The notes beneath the pieces were generated by a model. That model was not told the DNA's origin and ran no database searches. It was given only the letters and a program-made list of their open reading frames with translations. Below, piece after piece: positions 32,418 to 42,764 of a stretch of DNA of 64,000 nucleotides. Each line of letters begins with the position of its first letter. Position 1 is the stretch's first letter. A program made the position numbers and the translations under genes. Source of the DNA: Candidatus Eiseniibacteriota bacterium (lineage in GTDB: Bacteria; Eisenbacteria; RBG-16-71-46; JABDJR01). The stretch spans positions 1,760,001-1,824,000 of the forward strand of contig CAWANH010000028.1 of NCBI GenBank assembly GCA_963783375.1, read 5' to 3'.

Positions 32418-32689
32418 CTCCGGTTCCGTTCCCCCTCTGCTGAAAGCATTTGTGACCGTGGCACGCGGGCCCTACGCCGTGCGCCACGGTTTTTCTGTGC
32501 CGGCGCCCGGAGCGCACGGCGCCCCGACCGCTCTCGATGGCCGTCCGGTCTTCCGGGGCATTCCCGTCCGCTCGAATGTCCACCGCTCCGGCCGGTTCGT
32601 GACGGATCCGGGCCGAATTCTCCGCCCGCCAATGGATTTGTGATAAAATCCATCCTCGTTCCGGTCGATCACCTCTTCACCAGGGCAAC

Positions 32690-33883
32690 ATGACGCGAAC
32701 CATTCCAGACCACGCCACGGACACTCCGGCGCCCGGGGCGCCTCGGGAACCCTTCCACGCCGCGGCACCGGGATCCGCTCCCAAGGGACCGGGACCCCGT
32801 CCGGATGCGCCACCGGCCCCGGTTCCGGATTCCCCCTCCCTCTTCCGCCACGCCGCCGCCCATCGGCGCATCGTGCCCGAGGACCTGCTCCTGGTCCTCA
32901 CCTACCGGTGCAATTCCCGGTGCGTGATGTGCGGGATCTGGGAGGCGGACCAATCGGGCAAGGGGGAACTCACCCCAGAGGACTATGCCCGGGTCATCCC
33001 CGATACCCTCCTCAACGTGAACCTCACCGGAGGCGAGGTGTTCCTCCGGAACGACCTTCCCGCGGTGGTGGCCGCGGTGCGCTCCGCCGCTCCCCGGGCC
33101 AAGATCGTGATCTCCACCAACGGCCTTCAACCGCGCCGGACCCGTAAGATGATTCCGGAGATCCTGCGGGCGGATCCCGGGATCGGCTTCGCGGTCTCGA
33201 TCGACGGCGAAGAGGATGTTCACGACCGGGTACGCGGCATCCGGGGGGGATGGAAGAAGGCCTACGAGACCGTGCAGGTCCTCCAGGAGGAGGGAGTCAC
33301 CAACCTCCGCATCGCCTTCACCGCCACCGTGAACCAGGTCGCCGACAACACTTCGCACCTGGGGAAGATCTACGACCTCGCCCGCCGCACCGGGGTGGAG
33401 TTCACCTGCGCGGTGGCTCACAACTCCGACCACTACTTCAAGACGAGCTCCAACAAGGGGGTGAACGTCGACGAGCTGACCCGGCAGCTGGACTACGTGG
33501 CCGGGAACGAGCTCCGAAGCGGGAAGCTAAAGAGCTGGCTCCGCGCCTACTTCCACAAGGGCCTGGTGGAGCACGTCAAGGCCAACGTCCGGCCCACCCC
33601 GTGCGAGGCGGCCCATACCAGCCTCATGATCGATCCGGTGGGGGACGTCTATCCCTGCAACATCCTGAACCTGCCGGTGGGTAACGTCCGAAAGACCCCT
33701 TTCATGGAGATCTGGCGCTCCCGGAGGATGGAAGAGGTCCGGGACGTGGTACGGGGGTGCAACCAGCCCTGCTGGATGGTCTGCACCGCCCGGGCCAGCA
33801 TGCGCCGCGACAAGACCCAGGTGCTCTCCTGGGTGGCCGGGAACAAGGTCAAGGCCCATCTGGGTCGTTCCATCATCCGCTGA
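32690..33883 (+). CDS. Radical SAM protein with SPASM/twitch-type C-terminal domain
   Basis: CNSRCVMC (CX3CX2C); TGGE; STNG; SIDG; C-terminal CEAA...GDVYPC...C...CWMVC. True start may be downstream. Confidence 0.92.
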   Translation: MTRTIPDHATDTPAPGAPREPFHAAAPGSAPKGPGPRPDAPPAPVPDSPSLFRHAAAHRRIVPEDLLLVLTYRCNSRCVMCGIWEADQSGKGELTPEDYARVIPDTLLNVNLTGGEVFLRNDLPAVVAAVRSAAPRAKIVISTNGLQPRRTRKMIPEILRADPGIGFAVSIDGEEDVHDRVRGIRGGWKKAYETVQVLQEEGVTNLRIAFTATVNQVADNTSHLGKIYDLARRTGVEFTCAVAHNSDHYFKTSSNKGVNVDELTRQLDYVAGNELRSGKLKSWLRAYFHKGLVEHVKANVRPTPCEAAHTSLMIDPVGDVYPCNILNLPVGNVRKTPFMEIWRSRRMEEVRDVVRGCNQPCWMVCTARASMRRDKTQVLSWVAGNKVKAHLGRSIIR

Positions 33884-34150
33884 CCCCCCACCACGGCTCC
33901 TCGGTCCCGCCTTCCCTTCGCCGACCTTCCTCCCTCGCCACCGACCTGCCGTCAGCGTTTCCGCGACAGGGCCTCGGACCGGTCGGAGGAGCCCGAGATT
34001 CCCGGCCCCTCCCGGCTGCGCCAAATGGCGCAATTTGCCATCGCCGCCACTCCGGGATCAAGTTCGGAGCGAACCAGGACGATAGTTGAAGGGACAGGGG
34101 ATCGTGGCCCTGGGCCCCCGCCCACCTCCGACAATGGGATCTTGACTGGC

Positions 34151-34930
34151 GTGAATATCGAAGCCCTCATCCTCGCCGAGACCGGCAGCCTTCGACTCCG
34201 TCCACTGACGGAGCATCTTCCCACCTGTCTGGTGCCGGTGGGGGGGACCCCCATCCTCGATCACGTGATCCAGGCGCTCCACAGCGCCGGGGTGGACCAC
34301 ATCACGGTCATCGGAGGATACCGATCGGCCCAGGTGGAGCAGGCCTGCCGGGCGTACGGCGACGTGCGATTCTGCATGAACACCCGCTATTCGCGGGCGG
34401 AGCCCCGCCTGAGCACGCTCCGGGCGGCGGGGGCCATGCCGCCGCGCTCCCTGCTCCTGGTGAGGGGCGAGATGGTATTCGACGGAGTCATGATCGAGCA
34501 GCTCGTGCGGGGAGGCGATGGGAATCGGGTGGTGGTGGACGCGGCGGGTGATCCGGCCGGAATCTGGTGGCTGACCGCCCGCACCGCCGCGGCTCTGTTC
34601 GCCGCCGCCGGGGACGAGGGAGCCCAGCTCGACTCGGTGGAAGGGCTCTACGACGCGCTTCGGGACGTCCTGGAGCGGCACGGACACGAGCCCGTTGCGG
34701 TCAACGGGCATCCCTGGGCCCGGGTCGACACCATGGAAGACCTGGCCCGGGCGCTCAAGGCGCATCGTCAGGTGGCCGAGGCCCGGGTGGCCCGCCACCA
34801 GGAGCGCCTCCGGGTCGAATCCCCCTCAATGCACCCCGCCCGGCCCAACCCTCCGCGGCTTCCCACCCCCCCGATCCCCCCGGCCCGCGCCAACCTGCCC
34901 CGCACGGAGATGAAGCCGATCCACCCCTGA
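34151..34930 (+). CDS. Nucleotidyltransferase-like protein (degenerate signature)
   Basis: ALILAETGSLRLRPLTEHLPTCLVPVGG resembles ILAAGxGxRLxPLT..PK; WARVDT.EDL; Pro-rich tail. Confidence 0.75.
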   Translation: MNIEALILAETGSLRLRPLTEHLPTCLVPVGGTPILDHVIQALHSAGVDHITVIGGYRSAQVEQACRAYGDVRFCMNTRYSRAEPRLSTLRAAGAMPPRSLLLVRGEMVFDGVMIEQLVRGGDGNRVVVDAAGDPAGIWWLTARTAAALFAAAGDEGAQLDSVEGLYDALRDVLERHGHEPVAVNGHPWARVDTMEDLARALKAHRQVAEARVARHQERLRVESPSMHPARPNPPRLPTPPIPPARANLPRTEMKPIHP

Positions 34931-35110
34931 TTTCGCCGTCCTTGCCGGGCGCTCGAGTCGCGTTACGGCTGTTGTTGGATAAGGTTGCGGCATGGTACGC
35001 TCTATGGCGAATAAGCCACGCCAACCGGTGCAAAATGGGGTTTCAGGGGGGCTGTACACCCCGCTCTTCCGCCCAACCGGGAGACCCCCCCAAGGACGAA
35101 ATCACAGACC

Positions 35111-36655
35111 ATGACCGCCTGGATCCGAGACCTCTCCGCGCGACAGGTCGCCAGCACGGATTCGATCAGCCCCTCTTCCTTCCCGACCCCCCCGGTGATG
35201 GAGCCCCTTCCCCGTACCCGGGTCATCGTGGCCTTGGCCCTGGTCGATTTCGTGGCCGTAGCCGCCGCGTTCTGGGGAGCGCACCTTCTGCGCGATTCCT
35301 CCCAGGCCCTGGGGCACGCCGCGCGCGTGGCCGTCGCCTCGCTGGCCCTGGCGACGCTGGGAGTGGGCGTGTTCGGGGTGAACGGCCTCTACGACCCGAG
35401 GGTCGTCGCCCGCGGTGGACGGCAAAGCGCGCCGCTCTTCGGATCCTGGATGATGCTGATGGGCCTGGCCATCCTCGGCATCTTCCTGGCCAAGGCCGAT
35501 TCCCCGCTCCGTTCGCGCCTGGCTCTCTTCCTCTTCTTCCTCTTGGGATCCGCCCTCACCTCGGCGGTCCGCGCGGGTGGATGGCGGCCCTGGCTCACCG
35601 CCCGCTATGGACGGCGGCTCCGGGGAGCCCGGGTGATCGTGGGCACCGGCAAGCTGGCGCGGCGAGCCGCCTCCCTCGCCGCCGAGCAGGGGGAGGCCGA
35701 ACCCTATCTCGTGGGATTCGTGGACGACCTGACCGATCCCGGAACCGGATTCCGCAATCCCGCGCCCCGGGGGCTCTCCGAACCCTTCCTGGGAGGCCTC
35801 AACGAGGTGCGTCATCTCGCCCGGGAGCATCGCATCACCCAGGTGATGGTGGCCCGGGAGGACCTCTCGAGGGGCCGGCTGGTGGAGCTGGCCCACGACT
35901 GGCTCGACGAGGGGCTTCGGGTGATCCTGGTCTCGAGCGCGTTCGAGGTCATGGTGGCGCGCGCCTCGGCGGGACTCCTGGGCGGCGTTCCCCTGGTGGA
36001 GCTCCGCCGATCGCCGCAACGGGGCTGGGGTCTCACCGCCAAGCGCGTCCTCGACGTTACCTCGGTGACCGCCGGGGGGATCGTGCTCCTTCCCCTTCTG
36101 GCTCTCATCGCCGCGGCCATCAAGCTTACCTCGCCCGGCCCGGTACTCTACAAGCAGGAGCGGGTGGGGCGACAGGGCAGGCGCTTCGTCCTGTACAAGT
36201 TCCGGAGCATGGTGGTGAACAACGATGACGAGGCCCACCGGAACTACGTGAAGTCGCTCATGCGGGGGAATGCGGCGGGGGTCGATGAGCGCGGGCGCAA
36301 GGTCTACAAGATGATGGACGATCCCCGGGTGACCCCGATCGGACGCTTCCTCAGGCGGGCCAGCCTGGACGAGCTGCCGCAGCTCTGGAACGTCTTCCGG
36401 GGGGACATGAGCCTGGTGGGGCCCCGGCCCTGCCTTCCCTACGAGTGGGACCTGTACGAGGAATGGCAGCGTCATCGCCTCGACGTGGTTCCCGGCATCA
36501 CCGGCCTGTGGCAGGTCACCGGCCGGAGCCAGGTCTCCTTCGAGGAGATGGTCCTTCTCGACCTGCACTACATCACGAATTGGTCCCTGGGCCTGGATCT
36601 GGCCCTGTTGACCCGCACCATACCCGTCGTGATCCACGGAAGCGGGGGGCATTGA
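35111..36655 (+). CDS. Priming undecaprenyl-phosphate glycosylphosphotransferase (WcaJ/WbaP-like)
   Basis: Four N-terminal TMs; KRVLD; KFRSM; [34 protein letters not shown]; PGITGLWQV. Confidence 0.95.
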   Translation: MTAWIRDLSARQVASTDSISPSSFPTPPVMEPLPRTRVIVALALVDFVAVAAAFWGAHLLRDSSQALGHAARVAVASLALATLGVGVFGVNGLYDPRVVARGGRQSAPLFGSWMMLMGLAILGIFLAKADSPLRSRLALFLFFLLGSALTSAVRAGGWRPWLTARYGRRLRGARVIVGTGKLARRAASLAAEQGEAEPYLVGFVDDLTDPGTGFRNPAPRGLSEPFLGGLNEVRHLAREHRITQVMVAREDLSRGRLVELAHDWLDEGLRVILVSSAFEVMVARASAGLLGGVPLVELRRSPQRGWGLTAKRVLDVTSVTAGGIVLLPLLALIAAAIKLTSPGPVLYKQERVGRQGRRFVLYKFRSMVVNNDDEAHRNYVKSLMRGNAAGVDERGRKVYKMMDDPRVTPIGRFLRRASLDELPQLWNVFRGDMSLVGPRPCLPYEWDLYEEWQRHRLDVVPGITGLWQVTGRSQVSFEEMVLLDLHYITNWSLGLDLALLTRTIPVVIHGSGGH

Positions 36656-36693
36656 GAGATGGTGGGGGGGGCGCGGCAATCAGGAGTGTGCGC

Positions 36694-37737
36694 ATGGTGA
36701 AGGTCGGCGTGGTCGGATGCGGATATTGGGGCCCGAACCTGATCCGGAATCTGGTGGAGAACCGCCGGTGCGAGGGCGTGGTGGTCTGCGACCTGGAGCA
36801 ATCCCGGCTGGACTACGTCCGCCAGAGGTTCCCGGTGGCCGGCACCACCCTCGACATCCAGGAGATCCTGGACGATCCCGCGATCCCGGCGGTGGTGATC
36901 GCCACCCCGCTCTCCACCCACTTCGACCTGGCCCGCCGCGCCCTCGGCGCGGGGAAACACGTCTTCGTGGAGAAGCCCTTCGCCCACACCTCGGTCCAGG
37001 CCCAGGCGCTGATCGACCTGGCCAAGGCCTCGGGGAAGGTGATCATGGTCGGTCACACCTTCGAGTACTCGCCCGCGGTTCGGAAGATCGGCGAGGTGAT
37101 CCGTTCCGGTGAACTCGGCGACGTGTATTACATCTCGTCCACACGGGTGAATCTCGGACTGCACCAGAAGGACGTCTCGGTGGTCTGGGATCTTGCCCCC
37201 CACGATCTTTCCATGATCTTTGCCTGGCTGGGGGAGCACCCGGTCCAGGTGGTGGCGGTGGGACGGGACTACGTCCAGCCCGGGCTTCCCGACGTGGCTT
37301 TCATCGACCTCATCTTCGGTTCCGGCGTCCTGGCCCACGTCCAGGTGTCGTGGCTCTCTCCCTCCAAGCTCCGGAACACCACCATCGTGGGATCCCGGAA
37401 GATGCTGGTCTACGACGACACCGAACACCTGGAAAAGGTGAAGATCTTCGACAAGGGAGTGAACTACCGCGATCCCGAGACGTTCGGCGAGTACCAGCTT
37501 TCCTACCGGGCCGGAGACATCGTCTCCCCCAAGCTCGACTCCTACGAACCGCTCCAGGCCGAAGTGGACGACTACCTCCGGGCCATCCAGGAGAAGGGGA
37601 CCCCGGGGGTGGACGGATATTCGGGGCTCCGGGTGGTGCGGGTGCTGGAAGCGGCGGAGCGCTCGCTCCTGAACGGCGGTCGCCCCGAGACCCTGTCCTG
37701 GGAGGCGCCGCCTTCTCCCTCCCGCATCAAGGTCTGA
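36694..37737 (+). CDS. Gfo/Idh/MocA NAD-dependent oxidoreductase (WbpB/WlbA-like)
   Basis: GCGYWG Rossmann motif; HVFVEKP; DLAPHD. Confidence 0.9.
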   Translation: MVKVGVVGCGYWGPNLIRNLVENRRCEGVVVCDLEQSRLDYVRQRFPVAGTTLDIQEILDDPAIPAVVIATPLSTHFDLARRALGAGKHVFVEKPFAHTSVQAQALIDLAKASGKVIMVGHTFEYSPAVRKIGEVIRSGELGDVYYISSTRVNLGLHQKDVSVVWDLAPHDLSMIFAWLGEHPVQVVAVGRDYVQPGLPDVAFIDLIFGSGVLAHVQVSWLSPSKLRNTTIVGSRKMLVYDDTEHLEKVKIFDKGVNYRDPETFGEYQLSYRAGDIVSPKLDSYEPLQAEVDDYLRAIQEKGTPGVDGYSGLRVVRVLEAAERSLLNGGRPETLSWEAPPSPSRIKV

Positions 37738-37750
37738 GGGGAGCGCGCCG

Positions 37751-38407
37751 GTGGAATCCCGCATCTACGAGAACGTGCGCCTGGGCGAGGGCGCGATCGT
37801 CCACCCGCCGGTCATCCTCGGTTTCCCTCCGCGGGGACGCGAGGAGGGTGAACTTCCCCTGATCATCGGCCCCGGGGCGGTGATCCGCCCCTTCACCACC
37901 ATCTACGCCGGCAGCACCTTCGGGGCCCGGCTCAACACCGGCCAGGGCGCCTCCATCCGGGAGGAGAACGTCCTCGGCGACGACTGCTCGGTGGGGACCC
38001 ACGCGGTGCTGGAGTATGGGAACCGGGTGGGGAACGGAAGCCGCATCCACAGCGGGTGTTTCCTGGAGCAGGTGACTCTGGGCGAGCAGGTATTCCTGGG
38101 TCCCAACGTGGTCTTCACCGACGATCCCCATCCCCCCTGCCCCCGTTACAAGGAGTGCAAGGGGGGGGCGATCGTGGAGGATCTGGTGAAGATCGGGGCC
38201 AACGCCACCATTCTCCCCGGGGTGCGGATCGGACGGAACAGCCTGGTGGGCGCGGGCTCGGTCGTGACCGCCGACGTCCCGCCCGGAGTGGTGGTGGCCG
38301 GTTCCCCCGCCCGCATCGTGAAGCGGATCGACGAGCTCACCTGCTACCCCGGTCTCTTCGAACATCCCTACGAGTGGGAACCCTACGGCTCCGGCGGCAA
38401 GCGCTGA
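37751..38407 (+). CDS. Hexapeptide-repeat N-acetyltransferase (WbpD/WlbB-like)
   Basis: Left-handed beta-helix repeats; GPNVVFTDD; IGANATILPGV.IG...LVGAGSVVT. Confidence 0.9.
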   Translation: MESRIYENVRLGEGAIVHPPVILGFPPRGREEGELPLIIGPGAVIRPFTTIYAGSTFGARLNTGQGASIREENVLGDDCSVGTHAVLEYGNRVGNGSRIHSGCFLEQVTLGEQVFLGPNVVFTDDPHPPCPRYKECKGGAIVEDLVKIGANATILPGVRIGRNSLVGAGSVVTADVPPGVVVAGSPARIVKRIDELTCYPGLFEHPYEWEPYGSGGKR

Positions 38408-38504
38408 CGACCTGCTTCCCGTGGGCTGCTAAGATGGACTCCGGGTTCCGCGCCGGCGGCTCGGGACCGCGCCCCCGGCACCCGTAGGGAAAGGAGCCGC
38501 TTCC

Positions 38505-39698
38505 ATGCAGTACACCCCGCGCTCCGAGCTCGAGGCCCGTCTGGTCAAGGTGCAGTCCAAGCTCCGGAACCGGGAACTGGACGGCGCCCTGATCCTCCAG
38601 AAGGCGGATCTCTTCTACCTCACCGGAACGGTCCAGGCCGGTGCGCTGTTCGTTCCCATCGACGGGGAGCCGATCTTCGCGGTGCGGCGCTCGGTGCACC
38701 GCGCCCGCACCGAGAGCGCGTGGCGGGAGATCGTCCCCCTCCCCCGGATGTCGGATCTTCCCGCGATCCTCTCCGGCCGGGGCTACGGGTCCTTTTCCCG
38801 GTTGGGTCTCGAGTTGGACGTGCTCCCCGCCGCGATCTATCTCCAGCTCACCCGCCTCTTCGAGGGGACGGAGTTCGGCGACGTGAGCCCGATCCTGCGC
38901 GAGGTGCGCATGGTAAAGAGCGCCTACGAGATCGAACGGATCGAGCGGGCGGCCGAACAGCTCCGCACCGTCTTCGCCGAGATTCCGGAGATGATGAAGG
39001 AGGGATGCGAGCGCGAGATCGACCTGGCCGCCCGGATCGAGGGCGCGCTCCGCCGCCGCCGGCACCAGGGGCTCATCCGGGTGCGCCGGTTCGGCATGGA
39101 GATGTACATGGGGGCGGTGAGCGCGGGGGGCAGCGCGTCCTATCCCACCGACTTCGAGGGGGCGGACGGGGTGGAGGGGCTCTATCCCGCGGTGCCTCAG
39201 AGCGGGGGAGAGCGCCTGCTCCGCCGGGGAGAGCCGATCATGGTGGATCTCTGCGGGGGGTACGACGGGTACATCGCGGACAAGACCCGCATCTTCGTTC
39301 CCGGCGGCCTCCGGGACGAGGAGATGCTTCGCGCCCACCACTTCTGCCTCCAGCTCCAGGCCGAGGTGAAGGCCCGCATGCGTCCCGGGGCCCACACCGG
39401 GAAGCTCTACCAGGCCATCGAGGAGATCGCCCGGGAGTCCCCTTTCGCCGCCAACTTCATGGGATACGGCGACAACCGCACCCGGTTCGTGGGGCATGGG
39501 GTGGGGCTGGAACTCGACGAACTCCCCGTCCTCACCGCCAAGAGCGACGTGGTGCTGAAGGAGGGGATGGTGGTGGCGGTGGAGCCCAAGGTCTTCTTCG
39601 GCGATCGCGGCGGGGTGGGAATCGAGAACACCTGGCTCGTCACCCAGGATGGGTGCCGGAACCTGACCGCCGATTCGGACGAGATCGTCGCGGTCTGA
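38505..39698 (+). CDS. Xaa-Pro peptidase family (M24) protein
   Basis: Creatinase-like N-domain; metal ligands in VDL, ADKTR, GHGVG, VEPK and IENT. Confidence 0.92.
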   Translation: MQYTPRSELEARLVKVQSKLRNRELDGALILQKADLFYLTGTVQAGALFVPIDGEPIFAVRRSVHRARTESAWREIVPLPRMSDLPAILSGRGYGSFSRLGLELDVLPAAIYLQLTRLFEGTEFGDVSPILREVRMVKSAYEIERIERAAEQLRTVFAEIPEMMKEGCEREIDLAARIEGALRRRRHQGLIRVRRFGMEMYMGAVSAGGSASYPTDFEGADGVEGLYPAVPQSGGERLLRRGEPIMVDLCGGYDGYIADKTRIFVPGGLRDEEMLRAHHFCLQLQAEVKARMRPGAHTGKLYQAIEEIARESPFAANFMGYGDNRTRFVGHGVGLELDELPVLTAKSDVVLKEGMVVAVEPKVFFGDRGGVGIENTWLVTQDGCRNLTADSDEIVAV

Positions 39699-39743
39699 AC
39701 CGGAGTCCGGCGTGGTCCGGATCGGCCGGAGTCCGGAGGCCGG

Positions 39744-40496
39744 TCAGGCCAGGTCGGCTTCCATCCACCGGCGGACCTCCGCCGCCGCCTCCGCCCAGTC
39801 GACGCCCGGGGAGAGATGCTCCCGTTCCAGGTGGGTGGCCAGGGCGGGCATGGGGGATACCAGGCGCCGCCGCGGAAACCGGAGCCGGTAGCCCCCCAAT
39901 CCCTGGACCGCCCGCCAGATCCCCCGGTCGTCGGGAATGGGCCCCCGGGTCTTCCATCGGTGGATCCAGGCGTCCCTCCGGAGCGCGCCCAGACGGACGC
40001 CATAGGTGAGGCAGGTGCTCTCCACCGTCCGCCAGTGGCGCCCCCCCCCGAAGAAGATCCGGACCCGTCCGCGGTCGGCGTCGTCGTCCCGCCGATAGCG
40101 ATCGGGATGATCGTAGAGGGTGAAGTAGGAGGCCGCCGGGATCTCCCCCGCGGCCCTGGAAAGGGTACCAAGGGCCTCCGGAAGGTAGAGATAGTCGTCT
40201 TCCGCCAGATAGACCAGGTCGTTCTCCGGCCACTCCCGGGAGAGGGCCTCGTCGAGCGCCCGGCGATAGGAGCCGCTGTTCCCGAGCCCGGGAAGCTCCA
40301 GGATCTCGCCGGCCGCCCGCATCCATCCCACGAGATCGCCGGAGATGGGGCCGTCGTTCAGGAAGAGCACGTCCGCCTCCTGACCGGCTTCCCGCAGTGC
40401 GCGCAGAAACGACGCCAGGGCCGTGGCCTTGTCGAAGAAGTGGGGCCGGTTCTTCCGGTTGGCGGCTCCGGCGGATCGATAGAGGATGTGGATCAT
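39744..40496 (-). CDS. Glycosyltransferase (GT-A fold), antisense to the cluster
   Basis: FLNDG; LGNSGSY; VYLAEDDYLY (DxD-like); YDHPDRY. Confidence 0.75.
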   Translation of the reverse strand: MIHILYRSAGAANRKNRPHFFDKATALASFLRALREAGQEADVLFLNDGPISGDLVGWMRAAGEILELPGLGNSGSYRRALDEALSREWPENDLVYLAEDDYLYLPEALGTLSRAAGEIPAASYFTLYDHPDRYRRDDDADRGRVRIFFGGGRHWRTVESTCLTYGVRLGALRRDAWIHRWKTRGPIPDDRGIWRAVQGLGGYRLRFPRRRLVSPMPALATHLEREHLSPGVDWAEAAAEVRRWMEADLA

Positions 40497-40584
40497 CGCT
40501 CCAGACGATACAGCGGACGGCCGCGCGGGCCAACTCCAAGACGGCCGGGACGCCGGCTCCGCTTTTTGGTAGACTCCTCCGGCC

Positions 40585-41490
40585 ATGTCCGACCGCACCG
40601 GGCCCGCCGCCCCTTCCGGGCCCCCTCACCGCTACGTCCTCATCTCGGTGGTCCGGGACGAGGAGGCGTTCTTCCCTCGCACCCTGGCCTCGGTCGTCGC
40701 GCAGACCGTGCTCCCGGCGGCGTGGTTCGTGGTGGATGACGGTTCCCGGGACCGGACCCCCGCCATCCTGGCCCGGGCCGCCGGCGAACACTCCTGGATC
40801 ACCGTGCTCACCGAGCCCCGGAGCGAGTCCCGGGTGGCGGGCGAGGCGGCGGGGCGGGGTTTCAACCTGGCGCTCCCCCGGGTGTGGTCCCAGGAACCCG
40901 ATGCGGTGGGGATGCTGGACGGGGACACCGAGCTCCCCCCGGCCTACTACGAGACCCTGTTGGGCGCCCTGGGCGACGATCCGGAGCTGGGCATCGTGGG
41001 GGGGCATGCGGTGGAGCCCCATCGGGACGGGAGCTGGGGTCGGGTGCGGATTCCCGGGTACCACGTGCACGGGGCCACCAAGTTCTACCGGCGCGCCTGC
41101 CTCGAGCAGATCGGGGAGCAGGTGGTGGGGACGGGATGGGACACCGCGGACATCGTGCGCGCGCGGCTCGCGGGGTGGACCACGCGGACGGTCGGCGAAC
41201 TGACCTTCCGCCATCTGCGGGTCTCCGGCACCGCGCTGGGGGTTCGCCGCGGCCCCTACAACCGCGGCCGGGCGGCCTACCTGACCGGATACCATCCCCT
41301 CTTCGCCGGGCTCCGGGCGGTGAGAAACATGTTCCGCCCTCCGTACCTGAGCGGGGGGGTCCATTTCCTCCGGGGTTTTCTCTCCGGGTACCGGGAGCGG
41401 GCGCCCCGGGTCCTCTCCCCCCGCGAGATCCGCTGCTTCCGCCGGGAGCAGATGCGGGCCCTGACCGGACGGTCGTCCTGGTGGCGGTAA
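40585..41490 (+). CDS. Glycosyltransferase family 2
   Basis: VRDEE; VVDDGSRDRT; LDGD; GWDTAD. Confidence 0.9.
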   Translation: MSDRTGPAAPSGPPHRYVLISVVRDEEAFFPRTLASVVAQTVLPAAWFVVDDGSRDRTPAILARAAGEHSWITVLTEPRSESRVAGEAAGRGFNLALPRVWSQEPDAVGMLDGDTELPPAYYETLLGALGDDPELGIVGGHAVEPHRDGSWGRVRIPGYHVHGATKFYRRACLEQIGEQVVGTGWDTADIVRARLAGWTTRTVGELTFRHLRVSGTALGVRRGPYNRGRAAYLTGYHPLFAGLRAVRNMFRPPYLSGGVHFLRGFLSGYRERAPRVLSPREIRCFRREQMRALTGRSSWWR

Positions 41491-41492
41491 GC

Positions 41493-42671
41493 GTGCCGCG
41501 ACGCCGGAGGGCCCTCCACGTGGCCTACAGCCACTACGCGAGCGATCCGCGGACCCGCCGTCAGGCCGAGGCGCTGCGCGACGCGGGTTGGGAGGTGACG
41601 GTGGTGGGCCTGGCCCACGCGGGGGAGGCGGGGCGCGGGGAGCTCGACGGCGTGCGCCTCATCCGCACCGCGATTCCCCGCTACCGCGGCGCCTCGGTGG
41701 GGGGGTACCTCCGGACCTACGCCGGCTTTCTGGCCCGGGCCGCCGGCGAGGCCTCGTTCCACCCCCGCCGCTACGACCTCGTGCACGTGCACAGCCTGCC
41801 TGACTTCGCGGTCCACGTGGCCCTTCCCTCCCGGCTGAGCGGAGCGGGGGTGATCCTCGACGTCCACGACCCGGTTCCCGAGCTCTTCCGGGAACGGTTC
41901 GGCGACCGGCGCCGGGCGCTCCATCGACTCACCCTTCTCTCGGAGCGGCTTGCCTTCGCCTCGGCCGGCCACGTGCTCACCGTGAACGAGCCGTGCCGCC
42001 GGATCCACGTGGGACGGGGGCTCGCCCCCAGGAAGATCTCCATCAACCTGAACCTCCCCGACGAGGCGGTTTTCTGGCGGGAGGAGCCGCTTCCTCCCCC
42101 CGAGCACCCCGTCCTGGCCTATCACGGGACCCTGGTGCCCCGCTACGGCCCGGACCTGGTCCTGGAGGCGGCAGCGCGACTGCTCCCGCGGTTTCCCGAC
42201 CTCACGGTGACCATCCTGGGAGACGGGGACCAGCGCGACGCCCTGGCCCGGCGGGCGGCGCGGCCCGATCTGGACGGACGGGTGCGTCTGAGCCCGGAGC
42301 GGGTGCCCATCCACCGGATCCCCGAGGCTCTGGGCCGGGTGAGCGCGGGGGTGGTGGCCAACCGGCCGGAGGGGTTCTCGCGGCTGGTGCTCCCCACCAA
42401 GCTCCTGGAGTACCTCGCGCTGGGAATTCCCGCGGTGGCCACCCGAACCGAAACCCTCGATGAGTACTTCGAGCCGGGGGAGCTGACCCTGGTGGACCGC
42501 CCCGACCCCGACGAACTGGCCCGGGCCCTGGTGCCGATCCTCGAGGACGCCGCCGAAGGCGGCCGGCGGGTCGTGCGCGGGCGGGGGTTCTTCCGGCGCC
42601 ACTCCTGGGCCCGGGAGCGCGCGGCCTACGTGGCGCTGGCCGAGCGGCTTGCGCGCCCGGCGGTGCGATGA
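41493..42671 (+). CDS. Glycosyltransferase family 4
   Basis: DPRTRRQA; VHVHSLPD; LDVHD..PE; YHGTL; PTKLLEYLALG. Confidence 0.9.
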   Translation: MPRRRRALHVAYSHYASDPRTRRQAEALRDAGWEVTVVGLAHAGEAGRGELDGVRLIRTAIPRYRGASVGGYLRTYAGFLARAAGEASFHPRRYDLVHVHSLPDFAVHVALPSRLSGAGVILDVHDPVPELFRERFGDRRRALHRLTLLSERLAFASAGHVLTVNEPCRRIHVGRGLAPRKISINLNLPDEAVFWREEPLPPPEHPVLAYHGTLVPRYGPDLVLEAAARLLPRFPDLTVTILGDGDQRDALARRAARPDLDGRVRLSPERVPIHRIPEALGRVSAGVVANRPEGFSRLVLPTKLLEYLALGIPAVATRTETLDEYFEPGELTLVDRPDPDELARALVPILEDAAEGGRRVVRGRGFFRRHSWARERAAYVALAERLARPAVR

Positions 42672-42764
42672 TTGCCCTTGACCCCTACGCGACACATGGT
42701 TAGCTTGTGGGGCCGTCCGGAGCGGCCCCGAAAGGGTGTATCCCAGGAAACGAAGATCTACCCT

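Noticed and set aside
34026-34040. Sigma54-like TGGCGCAATTTGC upstream of the nucleotidyltransferase-like gene
   Set aside because: Wrong spacing between GG and GC.
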